Source: an uncultured Gammaproteobacteria bacterium
GTDB lineage: Bacteria; Cyanobacteriota; Vampirovibrionia; LMEP-6097; CAYGPN01
DNA length: 64,000 bases
NCBI GenBank assembly: GCA_964352085.1
Contig: CAYGPN010000009.1
Location: 44,539-108,538, forward strand
Direction of reading: 5' to 3'
Positions 1 to 10,490 of the stretch are shown here, one piece after another (position 1 is the stretch's first letter; each line of letters starts with the position of its first letter). A program made the position numbers and the translations under genes. The notes under the pieces are model-generated. The model did not search any database and was not told where the DNA came from. It saw only the letters and a program-made list of their open reading frames with translations.

Positions 1-1430
1 TTCAGCTCTTTATTAGCAGCGCCCAAATCAAGCGCTACTTTAGCTTTCTCTTCAAGTTCCGTTTTTGCTTTTTCTAAATCAGCTTCAATAGCTTTTACTC
101 TTTTTTCAGAATCTGCTTTGAGTGTATTAAGATCTTGCAGCGCAGTAGCTACCTGCTTTTCGTATTTAGCCTTAATAGACTCTAAAGCTTTTTGGGCTTC
201 TTGAGCTTTAGTTTGCAGTTGTAGTTTCTGGCTATCAGTGCCTTTTTTTGCTGCTTGCTCAGCAAGAAGCAAAGTTTCTTCAGCTGCATCAACTTTCTCT
301 TTAGCCTCTTTTTCAGCAGCAGAAAGTTTTCCTTGAGCTTCAGCCAATCTTTCTACTATCTCTTGTTCTTGATTTTCTAAACCTACTATTTCTTCAAGCT
401 TAGAGCTTAAATCCTCTGTAGCTTTAGATAAAGCTGTTTTCTTTGCTCTAAGCTCTTTTTCTGCAATCTGGTTTGCAGACTGCAAAATTTCAGATCTTTT
501 AGTAGCTTCTGTAACTGTTCTAGAGAGCTTATCTAGAGTTTCTTTCTTCTCTACTAATTTTGCATCTAAGACTTCAGCTAGATTAGCTCCTGTAATTTTT
601 GCTGCTTTTGGAGAAAGAACATTTAGTGATTTTTGTAAATTCTTTAAGAAAGCACTTAATTTTTTAAAATGATCTGCTTCACGAGCTAAAGCTGCATTTA
701 GCTTTAATTCTTTGCGGCTGCCTGCCTGCAGAAAGAATGGCTCTATTTTTTCAAGATAAATTAAGGCATCAGAGACTAAAGCCTGCAGATTAGATCTATC
801 TCCCTCTTGATTGTTTAATCTGCTGACAGTGGAGTTTATCTTTTGCTTATCATTAACAGAGTGGCTTTCTGCTCTTAGTGTAAAGATTTTATCTAATATC
901 GTAAAAAGTCCAGCTAAAGCTTTTCTATGAACATCTTCATTTGCATTTACAAAAACCTGATCGCTAAGCCAAGATTTAGGGTCAAAATTTATTTTATCTA
1001 TTTCAGGAAATAGTGTCTGATAGTAGTCACTAAGCTTTTGACCGCCAAGCTCACGAATATCATTAACTCTTGCTTGAGTTTCATTAGCAATTTGCTGAGC
1101 CACTTGATCAAAAACACTTGTAGATTGTGGTAAAAATCCAGGTACAAAAGGGTCTTGTGTCTTTGGACTTTGTTTTGTCTTAACAGGCGCGCCCACCATT
1201 GCTAAAAGCGAACCCACAAAACCTTTCTTCTTAGCTTTTGGCTTCTTAGCGCTAGCGCCTTTAACTACAAAAACTTTTTGAACTATCTGTGATTGTTTAC
1301 GCTTCTCCCTAGCTTCTAAAAGCTCCTCTGGGCTTTGCCAATCCTCTTTTAATTCCTGCCATGCATCACGCTTAGCAGCATAATCTCTTGCACTTATCTT
1401 TGTATAACCTTGACCAAAACTAGAAACCAT
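1..1430 (-). CDS. Coiled-coil protein, 3' end truncated by the window edge (at least 476 aa). It is Lys/Glu/Ala-rich with an N-terminus MVSSFGQGYTKISARDYAAKRD.
   Basis: The reverse-strand ORF stays open from the ATG at 1430 down to position 1. A GGGAGGA RBS lies 5 nt upstream (1435-1441). It is absent from the ORF track because no stop codon falls inside the window. I checked the translated frame by hand at both ends. Confidence 0.55.
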   Translation of the reverse strand, partial: MVSSFGQGYTKISARDYAAKRDAWQELKEDWQSPEELLEAREKRKQSQIVQKVFVVKGASAKKPKAKKKGFVGSLLAMVGAPVKTKQSPKTQDPFVPGFLPQSTSVFDQVAQQIANETQARVNDIRELGGQKLSDYYQTLFPEIDKINFDPKSWLSDQVFVNANEDVHRKALAGLFTILDKIFTLRAESHSVNDKQKINSTVSRLNNQEGDRSNLQALVSDALIYLEKIEPFFLQAGSRKELKLNAALAREADHFKKLSAFLKNLQKSLNVLSPKAAKITGANLAEVLDAKLVEKKETLDKLSRTVTEATKRSEILQSANQIAEKELRAKKTALSKATEDLSSKLEEIVGLENQEQEIVERLAEAQGKLSAAEKEAKEKVDAAEETLLLAEQAAKKGTDSQKLQLQTKAQEAQKALESIKAKYEKQVATALQDLNTLKADSEKRVKAIEADLEKAKTELEEKAKVALDLGAANKEL

Positions 1431-1557
1431 CAATCCTCCCTAAAATCCACGCTCCTGTGCGCAAACACAACTAGATACTATAGTAATTTCAAAGTATTGG
1501 TAACTATCAAATACCCGTTTTTATAATCCTTTAAATAACAAGCTTTTCTTAGCTTTT

Positions 1558-2916
1558 CTAATCTTCTGTCTTTGAGCTCTCTGCATCATAGCCAAGCTCA
1601 GGTGGAAGAATCCTTACTGTTCGAACTCTTTGCTTATCATGCTTCTCTACATAAAGAGTATAGCCTTCATAATCAAGCTTATCACCACGTTTAGGATGTG
1701 GTCCCACTAAACCAAAAACAAAACCGCCTACAGTATCATAATGTTCGGATTCAAAATTTGAACCCACTTCATCATTAACATCTTCAAGAGTAACTAAACC
1801 ATCAATTATGAATTGTCCATTACTTAGTTCTATAACTGGTTCTAGCGAAGGTTCGTTTTCATCTTGAATCTCGCCGAAGATCTCCTCAACAATATCTTCA
1901 ATAGTTACTAAACCACTAGTCCCGCCAAATTCATCAATAAGAATCGCCATCTGCTTTTTCTTACGTTGAAGCTCTTTCATAAGATGAATACAAAGAGTAC
2001 CATCAGGAACAGTTATAGCTGTTTTAGCAAGTGTTTTAATTTTTAGACTATTTTTTCCTTCAGAGAAAGCAGCGAAAAGATCTTTGATAATTATATAGCC
2101 AGTTATATTATCAAGGCGCTCCTTATAAATCGGGTATCTAGAATAGCCAGCCTCGTGAACCTTGGGAATCGCTTGCTCTACAGTTAGAGTTTCATCAAGA
2201 CAGTACATATCAGTACGAGGCGTCATGATCTCTCTAGCAACAGTGTCATTAAACTCAAAGATGCTTTGAATCATCTCCTCTTCGTCCTGTTCTAGAATTC
2301 CTTCTTCTTGAGAAGTGCTCAATATACGTTTAATTTCATCTTCAGAGTGAGCCACTTCACCAATCACTGGATCTATTTTCACCATTTTCAAAATATTATT
2401 AGAAGTCTGATTTAAAAGCCAAACTGGAAACTGTAAAACACTCTGGATAGGGGAAATAAAATAAGCAAAACCTAAACTCACATCCTCAGGTTTAGCAAGA
2501 GCCATAGACTTAGGAACCACCTCGCCTAGAACCACATGCAGGCAAGTGATTAAGGATAAAGCAATAGTAATAGCAACTACATGAGGGTCAACCGGTAATG
2601 GTAAATGCTCCATCACAGGCTCAAGTAATAAAACAAATTTTGCTTCAGCGTAAGCACCCAAAATTAAACTAGCTACTGTAATTCCAATCTGACAAGTAGA
2701 AATGTAATCATTAATATGATCAAGCATTTTTCTTACTTGCTTTGCTTGAATAACGCTAATGCCATGATATTCAGGATCTTTGCCTTCAGCAATATCTTCA
2801 ATCTTAGTTTTTCTAACTCTAGCTAAAGCAAATTCAGTTGCAACAAAAGCGCCGTTGAGAACTATAAGAAAAGTTACAACTAATATAGGGACTAATACGG
2901 GACCAATGTCTTCCAT
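1558..2916 (-). CDS. CNNM/CorC-HlyC family membrane protein with a DUF21 TM region, a CBS pair and a CorC_HlyC C-terminal domain. Such proteins are usually annotated as hemolysin-family or Mg2+/Co2+ efflux proteins.
   Basis: N-terminal TM helices, a central CBS-like pair and a C-terminal transporter-associated domain; the architecture is typical of TlyC/CorC. Confidence 0.65.
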   Translation of the reverse strand: MEDIGPVLVPILVVTFLIVLNGAFVATEFALARVRKTKIEDIAEGKDPEYHGISVIQAKQVRKMLDHINDYISTCQIGITVASLILGAYAEAKFVLLLEPVMEHLPLPVDPHVVAITIALSLITCLHVVLGEVVPKSMALAKPEDVSLGFAYFISPIQSVLQFPVWLLNQTSNNILKMVKIDPVIGEVAHSEDEIKRILSTSQEEGILEQDEEEMIQSIFEFNDTVAREIMTPRTDMYCLDETLTVEQAIPKVHEAGYSRYPIYKERLDNITGYIIIKDLFAAFSEGKNSLKIKTLAKTAITVPDGTLCIHLMKELQRKKKQMAILIDEFGGTSGLVTIEDIVEEIFGEIQDENEPSLEPVIELSNGQFIIDGLVTLEDVNDEVGSNFESEHYDTVGGFVFGLVGPHPKRGDKLDYEGYTLYVEKHDKQRVRTVRILPPELGYDAESSKTED

Positions 2917-3101
2917 TTCTCTTTTAGAACATCAATATACCACGCTTTAGGCGTTTTCCACTAAACTAAAGAGCTCAAATCACTGGATATAACTAGAATA
3001 TTAGCCGATATACAAATTAAAGGCGCTTTCTGAGAGGCTAATAGCCTAAAAACATTAGTGATCTGAAAAAGCCTGAGGGCAAAACCTTCTAAGTAAGTCT
3101 C

Positions 3102-4085
3102 ATGAATAAAACACAGACTAAATCTCAAAGCCTAATAAGCAAAAATTTTCTAATTGCTTTAATTAGCATCGTCGCAATTTTTCTAATGCTTAAACTTGCT
3201 CTACCATCAGCTGCAGCTGATGGATCAGCAGAAGCTACATTAAACTCTGAGCTTTTATCAGCAGGTGCTGTGCATTCAGAAGGATTTTATCTACCGCGCG
3301 GACTTGAAATAAACGCTGAGTTAAGAACACCAATTGATACTCGCATTTCTCAAGTAGGCGATTTAATAACAGTTCAGACAATGACCGATCTTTTCCTTGG
3401 CGACTACAACGTTATACCAGCAAATAGTTTTCTACACGGACACATAAGTCGAATCAAAAAACCAGGCAAAATGTTTAAAAACTCAGATGCCGAAGTTAGT
3501 TTTGATCGTATTTCTATTAAAGGCGATGGCGTTAATCCATCTCGCAATGTTTTTATTAACGGCAAACTAAGTGTTAAAGAGTTTGGGTCAAAAAGCCACA
3601 ATGTAAACGATGGGCAGCTTTATAAATCTCGTGCTATGAAAGCTGCTGGAGCAGGGGCGCTTGTAGGCGGCGGAACTACTGGAGCTATTGCTGGCTTGAC
3701 TCATCTTTATGAAGGTTTTGGTACGTCTGGCATGATGGTTGCTAGAGCAGCGACTCTTTTTGGTGCTGGGCTTGGTGCTTTTGCAGGTGCTAGTTTAATT
3801 CAAAAAGATGATAAGCGACTGGATCCAGGCACTGAAGTACTTATAACTTTAGACGAGCCTAGTTTAGACGTTGGGGAAAATAGAAATTATGAAAATCACT
3901 ATTCAGTAGGTGCGCCTCTTAGAGCAGAGGGTGGCAAAACGACAGATAAAGTAATTGCAGCAAATGCTAATAGTGCTGAGGATATAGATAAAATTACAGC
4001 TGAAGTGATTAATGAATTAGAAGAAATTGATATTGGTGTAGCTTACGATAGATTTGGCGGTAAGCTACATGCTGAATCACTATAA
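3102..4085 (+). CDS. Hypothetical membrane-anchored protein with a glycine-zipper-like Gly/Ala-rich segment.
   Basis: An N-terminal TM/signal segment (FLIALISIVAIFLMLKLALPSAAA) and a glycine-zipper-like GAGALVGGGTTGAIAGL...GAGLGAFAGA region. No recognisable catalytic motif. Confidence 0.45.
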   Translation: MNKTQTKSQSLISKNFLIALISIVAIFLMLKLALPSAAADGSAEATLNSELLSAGAVHSEGFYLPRGLEINAELRTPIDTRISQVGDLITVQTMTDLFLGDYNVIPANSFLHGHISRIKKPGKMFKNSDAEVSFDRISIKGDGVNPSRNVFINGKLSVKEFGSKSHNVNDGQLYKSRAMKAAGAGALVGGGTTGAIAGLTHLYEGFGTSGMMVARAATLFGAGLGAFAGASLIQKDDKRLDPGTEVLITLDEPSLDVGENRNYENHYSVGAPLRAEGGKTTDKVIAANANSAEDIDKITAEVINELEEIDIGVAYDRFGGKLHAESL

Positions 4086-5333
4086 CCCATGGGGTCTGAC
4101 CCCATTTTGACCGCGGTAGCGATTATCAACTATGATATTCTTGTCTTCTCTATGGCGTTCTGTGTCTACATAATCAAAATGACCAGCGTCCATATTATAG
4201 AACCAGAGGTTAGGATACTGCACGCGATCAGGATCCTTCTCATTAATTTCCTTACTTAGATTATCTACCAAGTCTTTAGCATAATCATAAGAAGGAACGA
4301 AACCATCTTTACGTGCGCCAAAAAGAAAGAGCCCTGTACTAGGATCTTTATCCGCTTTTACCATTTCTAAAAGCCCAGAAAGATTTTTAGAATTTGCAAT
4401 ATCTCTTTCCTCACCTTCAAAAGCTTTTTCTATAATCCCACCAAAACGCCCTAGAACTCTTGTGCTCACAGGACCTAACATTTCTTTAAAGACATAATGT
4501 TCTTTAGGATTTTTAAGATCATCTATTAAATGTTTAATTGATCTAAGTGGTGTTGCTAGTTTTATAGAATGAAATTTTAGATCTTTAAACTTATCTTTGA
4601 TATCCAAAAGCGCTTGAGGACCAAAAAGTGTGCCTAAAGAACCTAAGAAAAGCTCTAAGTCACTGGTATCTTTGTACTGATTAATTAAATGGTACAAAGC
4701 AGCACTAATATCAGTAACTATAGTGCTAACACTAAGCTCTCGTCTGCCGCTCACATCATTATGCTCTTTACCTGGCGTTATAAATGCTACCCTCTTGCCT
4801 TCTTCAATAGCCATAGCTATTTTAGGCAAGTAACCCGTTGCGTTGAAACCACCACCTGGAACTATAATTTCAGTTCTTGGATTTTTCTTAAACTTAGTTT
4901 GATCCTTGGGCTCAAAAATAGCTATAGAAAGCCCTACTGATTTTTTGCCATCTGGAAAACCGTCATATTTATGCGAAAACTGCGCGCCATCTATCACTTT
5001 TACATTTGCAATATTTACAATCTTTGGTGATAAGACCACATCTTTGATTTTGAAGCGTTCAGAATTACCGTAGCCAACGTAATAGAGCAAACTATCAAGC
5101 GCACTTGCAAACCAATACTTTGGAGTGCGAATGATTTTTCTTAGACCATCAAATAAAATTCTTTGTCTAGCAGCTAATTTTGCTGTAGCTGGATCAAGAG
5201 GCTTCTGAACTTGAGTAGAGGATTGAGAGCTTGCTTGAAGCCCCTTAAAAACACGGTCTATATGTGGATGGCTATAGCCCTGCTGAAGACTAGCAGTGCC
5301 TCTTGCATTTAATGCTAGAGATCCTAAGGCCAT
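4080..5333 (-). CDS. Hypothetical protein, possibly an alpha/beta-hydrolase-like enzyme.
   Basis: A 417-aa ORF with good coding periodicity and a C-terminal DAGHFDY His-containing segment. No confident family assignment. Its 3' end overlaps the convergent upstream ORF by 6 bp. Confidence 0.4.
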   Translation of the reverse strand: MALGSLALNARGTASLQQGYSHPHIDRVFKGLQASSQSSTQVQKPLDPATAKLAARQRILFDGLRKIIRTPKYWFASALDSLLYYVGYGNSERFKIKDVVLSPKIVNIANVKVIDGAQFSHKYDGFPDGKKSVGLSIAIFEPKDQTKFKKNPRTEIIVPGGGFNATGYLPKIAMAIEEGKRVAFITPGKEHNDVSGRRELSVSTIVTDISAALYHLINQYKDTSDLELFLGSLGTLFGPQALLDIKDKFKDLKFHSIKLATPLRSIKHLIDDLKNPKEHYVFKEMLGPVSTRVLGRFGGIIEKAFEGEERDIANSKNLSGLLEMVKADKDPSTGLFLFGARKDGFVPSYDYAKDLVDNLSKEINEKDPDRVQYPNLWFYNMDAGHFDYVDTERHREDKNIIVDNRYRGQNGVRPHGL

Positions 5334-5415
5334 ATTTTTTAGTTAATCAAGGAATACAAGATCCCTCACAAGCTAAGTTCATTATACTATGGCGCTATCG
5401 CCAGGCCTAGGGTGC

Positions 5416-5456
5416 AAAAAAAAGACCAGGGCTAATAACCTTGGTCTTTTAATTTT
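5416..5456. terminator. Bidirectional hairpin terminator (agaccaggg-ctaataa-ccttggtct) flanked by an A-run and a T-run.
   Basis: 9-bp stem with A8 upstream and T-rich sequence downstream, lying between the FKBP gene end and the upstream gene's start. Confidence 0.5.
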
Positions 5457-5471
5457 AATTTAGAGAATTAA

Positions 5472-6113
5472 CTAGTTAATTCTTTGAGAAGAGTCTGGCT
5501 GTTTTTTAATTCCAGGGATAGGAGCTTTTCCTTCCTTGACAGCTTTAGCTTGAGCTCTAATTTTCTCTACTTCTTCTTTAGGTTGAATCTTAAGAACAGT
5601 TACATCATAAAGAAGATCTTTACCAGCTAAAGGGTGATTGTAATCAAGAGTAATTTCTTTATCTGTTACTTTAACTACTTTTACAGGAAGAGTAACAGGT
5701 TTGCCGTTAGCATCTCTCTGATTAGCTGTAATAAACTGACCAGGCTCTACATTTAGCTTGGTGAATCTCTCATCTTTAGGCACAGTAACTACTTTAGTCT
5801 CATCAACTTCACCATAAGCATCTTTAGCTTTCAGGCTAATTTTCTTTTTAGCGCCTTCAGCCATACCAGTGATTTTCTTTTCGAAAGCCGGCAAAATTTG
5901 ATTTGCACCAACTACGATATTTAAAGGATTTTTACCAACGTTAGAATCAAATGTCTCTTTAGAATCTTGATAAATTCCTGTGTATTCAAGAGAAACTAAA
6001 GCGCCTTCGCTAACTTTAGGACCCTTAGCGCAAGAAGCTAAAAAGATCGAAACAAGACAAAATGTACTAACCAACTTAATAATATTTTTCATCATAATAA
6101 TAATATTACCCAA
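5472..6113 (-). CDS. FKBP-type peptidyl-prolyl cis-trans isomerase, lipoprotein.
   Basis: Lipobox LASC, and an FKBP domain signature FDSNVGKNPL...ILPAFEKKITGMAEGAKKKISL...AYG. The true start is probably the internal MKNIIKL. Confidence 0.7.
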   Translation of the reverse strand: MGNIIIMMKNIIKLVSTFCLVSIFLASCAKGPKVSEGALVSLEYTGIYQDSKETFDSNVGKNPLNIVVGANQILPAFEKKITGMAEGAKKKISLKAKDAYGEVDETKVVTVPKDERFTKLNVEPGQFITANQRDANGKPVTLPVKVVKVTDKEITLDYNHPLAGKDLLYDVTVLKIQPKEEVEKIRAQAKAVKEGKAPIPGIKKQPDSSQRIN

Positions 6114-6179
6114 TTTTTTCTAGCTTTGCACATTATGCAAATCTAAATAAAGAGAAAGAATGAGTATAGCGAAATATTA

Positions 6180-7421
6180 TTAAATATTACCTTGCAAGCC
6201 AAAGCCAATGGTCCAGTTGCTATCAAGTGCGTTGCCTTGAGATGATGGTTTCGGCTGATCTACGTTGAAATCAAGATGAGCCACTGATGCTAAGTACTCG
6301 TTAAATCTATGCTTCCAAGTAGCAGAGATAAGGTTTCTTAAAATATGATCAGTATTATTACCAGCTTCAAAGAAAGAATCAAACATAGTCCAATGCGCGC
6401 CAATCATGTCTTTTCTACCAAGCATATAGAATGCACCAGCTGAAACAGTATTAATTGTAAATTCAGCTGTTTGGAAACTAGAGTTAAAAGTACCCCATCT
6501 AGCATAAGGAATAAAGTTTTTGTATTTTTGGATTAATGAACCATACCAAAGGTAACCATTACCATTATCATCAACCTGAAAAGCTTTAGCTCCACCAACT
6601 ATATAGCCAAAAACAATTTGACCAGGATTTTTATGACCCCAATTTTTCTTTAATTCATTAGAAAAAGACAGTGTCTGAGAGAAGCTTTCTAGCTTATGCG
6701 TGCTAATTGCACCTGTATAAGAAAATCTATCAAAGATAGTTTCGCCATCATTATCCTTTAAGCCAAAAGCAAAACCATAGCTTCCTGTATCAGTAGCACC
6801 AGGTCTATCAAAACCACGAGCTGCGTTCATGACATTAATAATAGGGTTTGTGTTAACAATAGAGCCCATATGAATCGCATCACCAATATCTAAAAAAGAA
6901 CTAGTATGAAATCTCTCACCAATATCAAAATTATCAGGTGTTATCTCATCTTTATCTAAAAAACGACGATTTGCAAATTTACCAAAAACAGCAAAGGCTT
7001 CATTATCTTTTGGAAGCTTCACATCATGTCTATAGAAAAGTTCTGGAAGATCTATAAGACCATCTTTGAAGACATTAACGTCCTCATCTAATATAGAAAA
7101 GCCTTCTACACGAGTGAGCAAGCGACCTTGGTTCTCGTAGTTTTTCCCTTCTCTATTTCTTACAATTCCGGTGTATAGCTGCGCTCGATAATCACCAGTT
7201 AATTTATACTCATCATCACCAGGTCTATTATTAAACCAAGTATTATAAAGCGCTCCATCAGCACGAAAATTGAAAACATCACTTAAATTATTCAATCGAA
7301 TACTACCATCATCTTGAATAATTGGTTCAACGCTTTCTTGTGTTCTGTCGATATTACCAATAGCGAATGCAGGCGCGCTAACGCTAAAAGCTAAAGCTGT
7401 AGATAAAAGGAAACGTTTCAA
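6180..7421 (-). CDS. Secreted hypothetical protein, possibly an outer-membrane protein.
   Basis: Signal peptide MKRFLLSTALAFSVSAPAFA. Rich in aromatic/Gly/Asn beta-strand-like segments, but the C-terminus (…QGNI) lacks the canonical terminal aromatic residue of OM beta-barrels. Confidence 0.4.
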   Translation of the reverse strand: MKRFLLSTALAFSVSAPAFAIGNIDRTQESVEPIIQDDGSIRLNNLSDVFNFRADGALYNTWFNNRPGDDEYKLTGDYRAQLYTGIVRNREGKNYENQGRLLTRVEGFSILDEDVNVFKDGLIDLPELFYRHDVKLPKDNEAFAVFGKFANRRFLDKDEITPDNFDIGERFHTSSFLDIGDAIHMGSIVNTNPIINVMNAARGFDRPGATDTGSYGFAFGLKDNDGETIFDRFSYTGAISTHKLESFSQTLSFSNELKKNWGHKNPGQIVFGYIVGGAKAFQVDDNGNGYLWYGSLIQKYKNFIPYARWGTFNSSFQTAEFTINTVSAGAFYMLGRKDMIGAHWTMFDSFFEAGNNTDHILRNLISATWKHRFNEYLASVAHLDFNVDQPKPSSQGNALDSNWTIGFGLQGNI

Positions 7422-7477
7422 AAAATAAGTACTCCAAAGTACATAATAACCTATATAAAGAATAAGCCTGATTGAAA

Positions 7478-8134
7478 TTAACCAATTGTATCTACTGGCT
7501 TATAACCACTTCTTTTAAGATAATCTTTTAGAATATGCTGCACGTAACTGCGCGTTTCTCCAAAAGGTGGAATGCCGCCATATTTTTGTACATTACGTGG
7601 TCCAGCATTATAAGCAGCTAATGCTTTGGGGATATTACCACCAAACATTTTGATCATTTTAGAAATATACTTAGCGCCACCTTTTATGTTCTGGTAAGGG
7701 TTCGCTGGATTAAAAACACCAAGCTCTTTAGCGGTCGCTGGCATAAGTTGCATTAAACCTACAGCGCCTCTATGACTTCTAGCACTAGGGTTAAATTTAG
7801 ATTCCTGTTTAATAATGCTTCGAAGCAAATCAGTGTCTACGCCTTCTTCTTTAGCAACTGTATCTATATATGCGCCAAAATCTTTAGGCAACTTACTCAA
7901 ATCATCTTGAACTTTATCAGTCGCTTTTGCTTGCTGAGTGGATTTGATTATATTTGAAGAAACAGTTTTAAAAACATTTGAAAACCCTGTTTGACCAGGC
8001 TGGCTAGCTGGTCGACTTGTTTTACTAGCACCATGAATCTTACTATCAAGACCATCTAGATAGTTATCTAGATATGCCATTCTCAAATTTACAGATGAAA
8101 AAGTCATCTTGCCCCCTGAAAAAGCTCCCCCCAT
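7478..8134 (-). CDS. Lytic transglycosylase with an SLT domain.
   Basis: SLT catalytic region IIKQESKFNPSARSHRGAVGLMQLMPATAKELG...AYNAGP. Confidence 0.65.
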   Translation of the reverse strand: MGGAFSGGKMTFSSVNLRMAYLDNYLDGLDSKIHGASKTSRPASQPGQTGFSNVFKTVSSNIIKSTQQAKATDKVQDDLSKLPKDFGAYIDTVAKEEGVDTDLLRSIIKQESKFNPSARSHRGAVGLMQLMPATAKELGVFNPANPYQNIKGGAKYISKMIKMFGGNIPKALAAYNAGPRNVQKYGGIPPFGETRSYVQHILKDYLKRSGYKPVDTIG

Positions 8135-8315
8135 TTGACTTGTTAGGTATTAGAGGAGCACCCACTTAATGTAAACTCACCAAAAGGTGCCGTTCTCTAG
8201 CTTTTATCCCAAAATCTATACTGTAATTACTAGTACAAACGCTGTATCTCTCTTATAGCCTGTATTTAAGGCTTTTTCTGGGCTTTTTTATAAGTAAATA
8301 TAGTAGAATTAAGGC

Positions 8316-8513
8316 ATGCTTCCATTTGGACTAGGAATTCCTGAAATTATAGTGATCTTAGTGATCGCACTTCTTATATTTGGACCTAAAAAGCTCCCTG
8401 AGCTTGGAAAAAGCCTAGGCAAAGGGCTTAATAGCTTTAAAAAAGGGCTTTCTGAAGCTGGAGATGAGCTTAAAACTGAGCTGAATAACGATTCTGAAAG
8501 TCCTAAAAACTAA
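8316..8513 (+). CDS. tatA: Twin-arginine translocase subunit TatA/E.
   Basis: [32 protein letters not shown] is the canonical TatA TM-hinge-amphipathic helix; 65 aa. Confidence 0.75.
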   Translation: MLPFGLGIPEIIVILVIALLIFGPKKLPELGKSLGKGLNSFKKGLSEAGDELKTELNNDSESPKN

Positions 8514-8565
8514 AACTGAGTCTTTTCATCTAGATCTTTTAAATTAGCTATCAAAACTTATTATC

Positions 8566-9240
8566 TTGAGCACTTATAAGTGCATACACGCAGGCTATAA
8601 AGCGGGGGAGCTTAAAATGACATCAATAAATAACGCTGCTGGCAGCGCTGATACGAACACGCCAAAAACACAAGTAGTAGATCCAGCAGAGGCACAAAGA
8701 CAAGCTGAAAATCAAAAAAAGCAAGAGGCTGCAAAAAAATTAATTAAACTAATTAAGACTGGACAATTAGGTTTCGAGGGCGCTGACCCACTTGGCTCAA
8801 GTTCAGTAAAACTTTTAATAGAAACTGATAACGACAATCTACTTAAATTTCAAAATATTCAAATTGATGCTGACCTTAGTGGCTCAAATATAGTTGAAGC
8901 TAATTTTAAGGGCGCAAATCTTGAAGATGCAAATTTAGAAGAAGTTAATGCAAATAATGCTGATTTTAGTGGCGCCAATCTTCAGGGCACTAATCTAGAT
9001 GAGGCTAAAGTGGCAGGAGCTAAATTTATAGGCGCAAATTTAAAAAACATTGATGCTGCCAATATCGAAATTCCAGGGGCTGATTTTAGTGATTGCGAAC
9101 TTGATGATTCAAACTTAAATGGAAGCAATCTCTCAAAAAGCTCATTTAGATTTGCTAGAGGAAGAAATATCAGACTCAATGATGCTAATTTATCAAATTC
9201 AGATTTAACAGGTATTGATCTTAAGTGGTCCAGGATCTAG
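8566..9240 (+). CDS. Pentapeptide-repeat protein, N-terminal fragment; the frame is disrupted at about 9225-9240.
   Basis: Long run of A(D/N)LxxxNLxxA pentapeptide repeats; terminates at 9240 while the repeat pattern continues in the +1 frame. Confidence 0.5.
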   Translation: MSTYKCIHAGYKAGELKMTSINNAAGSADTNTPKTQVVDPAEAQRQAENQKKQEAAKKLIKLIKTGQLGFEGADPLGSSSVKLLIETDNDNLLKFQNIQIDADLSGSNIVEANFKGANLEDANLEEVNANNADFSGANLQGTNLDEAKVAGAKFIGANLKNIDAANIEIPGADFSDCELDDSNLNGSNLSKSSFRFARGRNIRLNDANLSNSDLTGIDLKWSRI

Positions 9241-10444
9241 TTTACAACGCACAGATCTAAACAAATCAAAACTTAATGGAGCTAACTTTAAAGAAGCTGA
9301 TTTATCAAACACAGAGCTAAGTCATGTTGAAGCAAAAAGGTCAGACTTTAATAAAGCTAAGCTCAATAATGTAAATGCAGCAAAGATAGACTTAACTGAA
9401 GCTGAGCTAAATGAGGCTAGTTTAAAAAAGGCTAAATTAACTGATGCAAACCTAAGTAGAGCTGAGTTTAACAATGCAAATCTAAGTGAAGCCAGTCTAT
9501 ATAAAGCAAAGGCTCTAGCTGCAGAGTTTAATGGCGCAAATCTATTTAAAGCAAACTTAAATGACACAGATTTATCAGAAGCTGAATTTAAAGATGCTAA
9601 TATGCAAAATTCAAGCTTGAACAACAGCATTGTTGAAAATAGTGATTTTAGTGGCGCTAATCTTAGCAAGTCTCAACTATATAATTTGCAAAGTAAAAAA
9701 CCTGTGACTTTCAAAAGAGCAGGCTTATTCAATACTGAGATCGCTGTTAGTGAGACTTCTAAAGAAAGTGTCTTTGATATGAGAGGAGCTAATTTGGCAG
9801 GAGCAACTATTAACTTGGGTCCTAATAATCAAAGAATACACCTAGCCAAACTTGATGGTGCTTCACTTATAAACACTAACTTTGTACACAGACCATTAAA
9901 AGTTTCTCTCAATGGAGCTTACTTAAGAGCCAATAAAGCAAGCAAAGATGCATTAAGATCTCTAATCTCTATTGCTAAAGCAAATAAATCTTTAAGAGCT
10001 ACTCGCATAGTAGTAAAAGATCTAAATGATCCTGTTGCTTCAAGTACTGTAAATCTACCAAACGGTTTTAGCTTTAGTGAAACAGGCGCTATCCCTGTTT
10101 TAGAAACTGACTGGTCAGAGCTTAATCTTATGGGCACAGACTTTAGTGCAGCTGATAATGACGAGTTGATTTATCCACTCAATAACGCAATCGTTAAAGA
10201 CTCACTTTTAAGAAACGCTATTTTCAAAGGTATAAATTTAGCTGAAGCTTTAGACTTATCAAAAATGAGCTTTGCTCCAGATAGCTGGCAAGGAGCTGAT
10301 ATGCGCGGGGCTATCAATGTGCCAGAACAGTTTTTAGAACTTGGGATTATTCATGATGAAAGCACTAAATGGCGAAGGCAGGGTGGTAGCGACAGAGATC
10401 GCAGGCTTCGTGAGCGCGAAGGACATTCTGGTACCTTCCGCTAA
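9215..10444 (+). CDS. Pentapeptide-repeat protein, C-terminal part; probably the same gene as 8566-9240 after a frameshift.
   Basis: The track ORF begins at a TTG inside the end of the previous ORF. The pentapeptide repeat periodicity resumes immediately (TDLNKSKLNGANFKEADLSNTELS…). The C-terminal ~230 aa are non-repetitive. Confidence 0.5.
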   Translation: MILSGPGSSLQRTDLNKSKLNGANFKEADLSNTELSHVEAKRSDFNKAKLNNVNAAKIDLTEAELNEASLKKAKLTDANLSRAEFNNANLSEASLYKAKALAAEFNGANLFKANLNDTDLSEAEFKDANMQNSSLNNSIVENSDFSGANLSKSQLYNLQSKKPVTFKRAGLFNTEIAVSETSKESVFDMRGANLAGATINLGPNNQRIHLAKLDGASLINTNFVHRPLKVSLNGAYLRANKASKDALRSLISIAKANKSLRATRIVVKDLNDPVASSTVNLPNGFSFSETGAIPVLETDWSELNLMGTDFSAADNDELIYPLNNAIVKDSLLRNAIFKGINLAEALDLSKMSFAPDSWQGADMRGAINVPEQFLELGIIHDESTKWRRQGGSDRDRRLREREGHSGTFR

Positions 10445-10490
10445 TGGGGTCAGATCCGGACATCGGACATTTTAAGGAAAAACACTTAAA

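Noticed and set aside
3404-4940. Small antisense ORFs at 3404-3601 and 4689-4940 inside larger genes.
   Set aside because: They are nested within better-supported longer ORFs on the opposite strand and have no distinguishing features.
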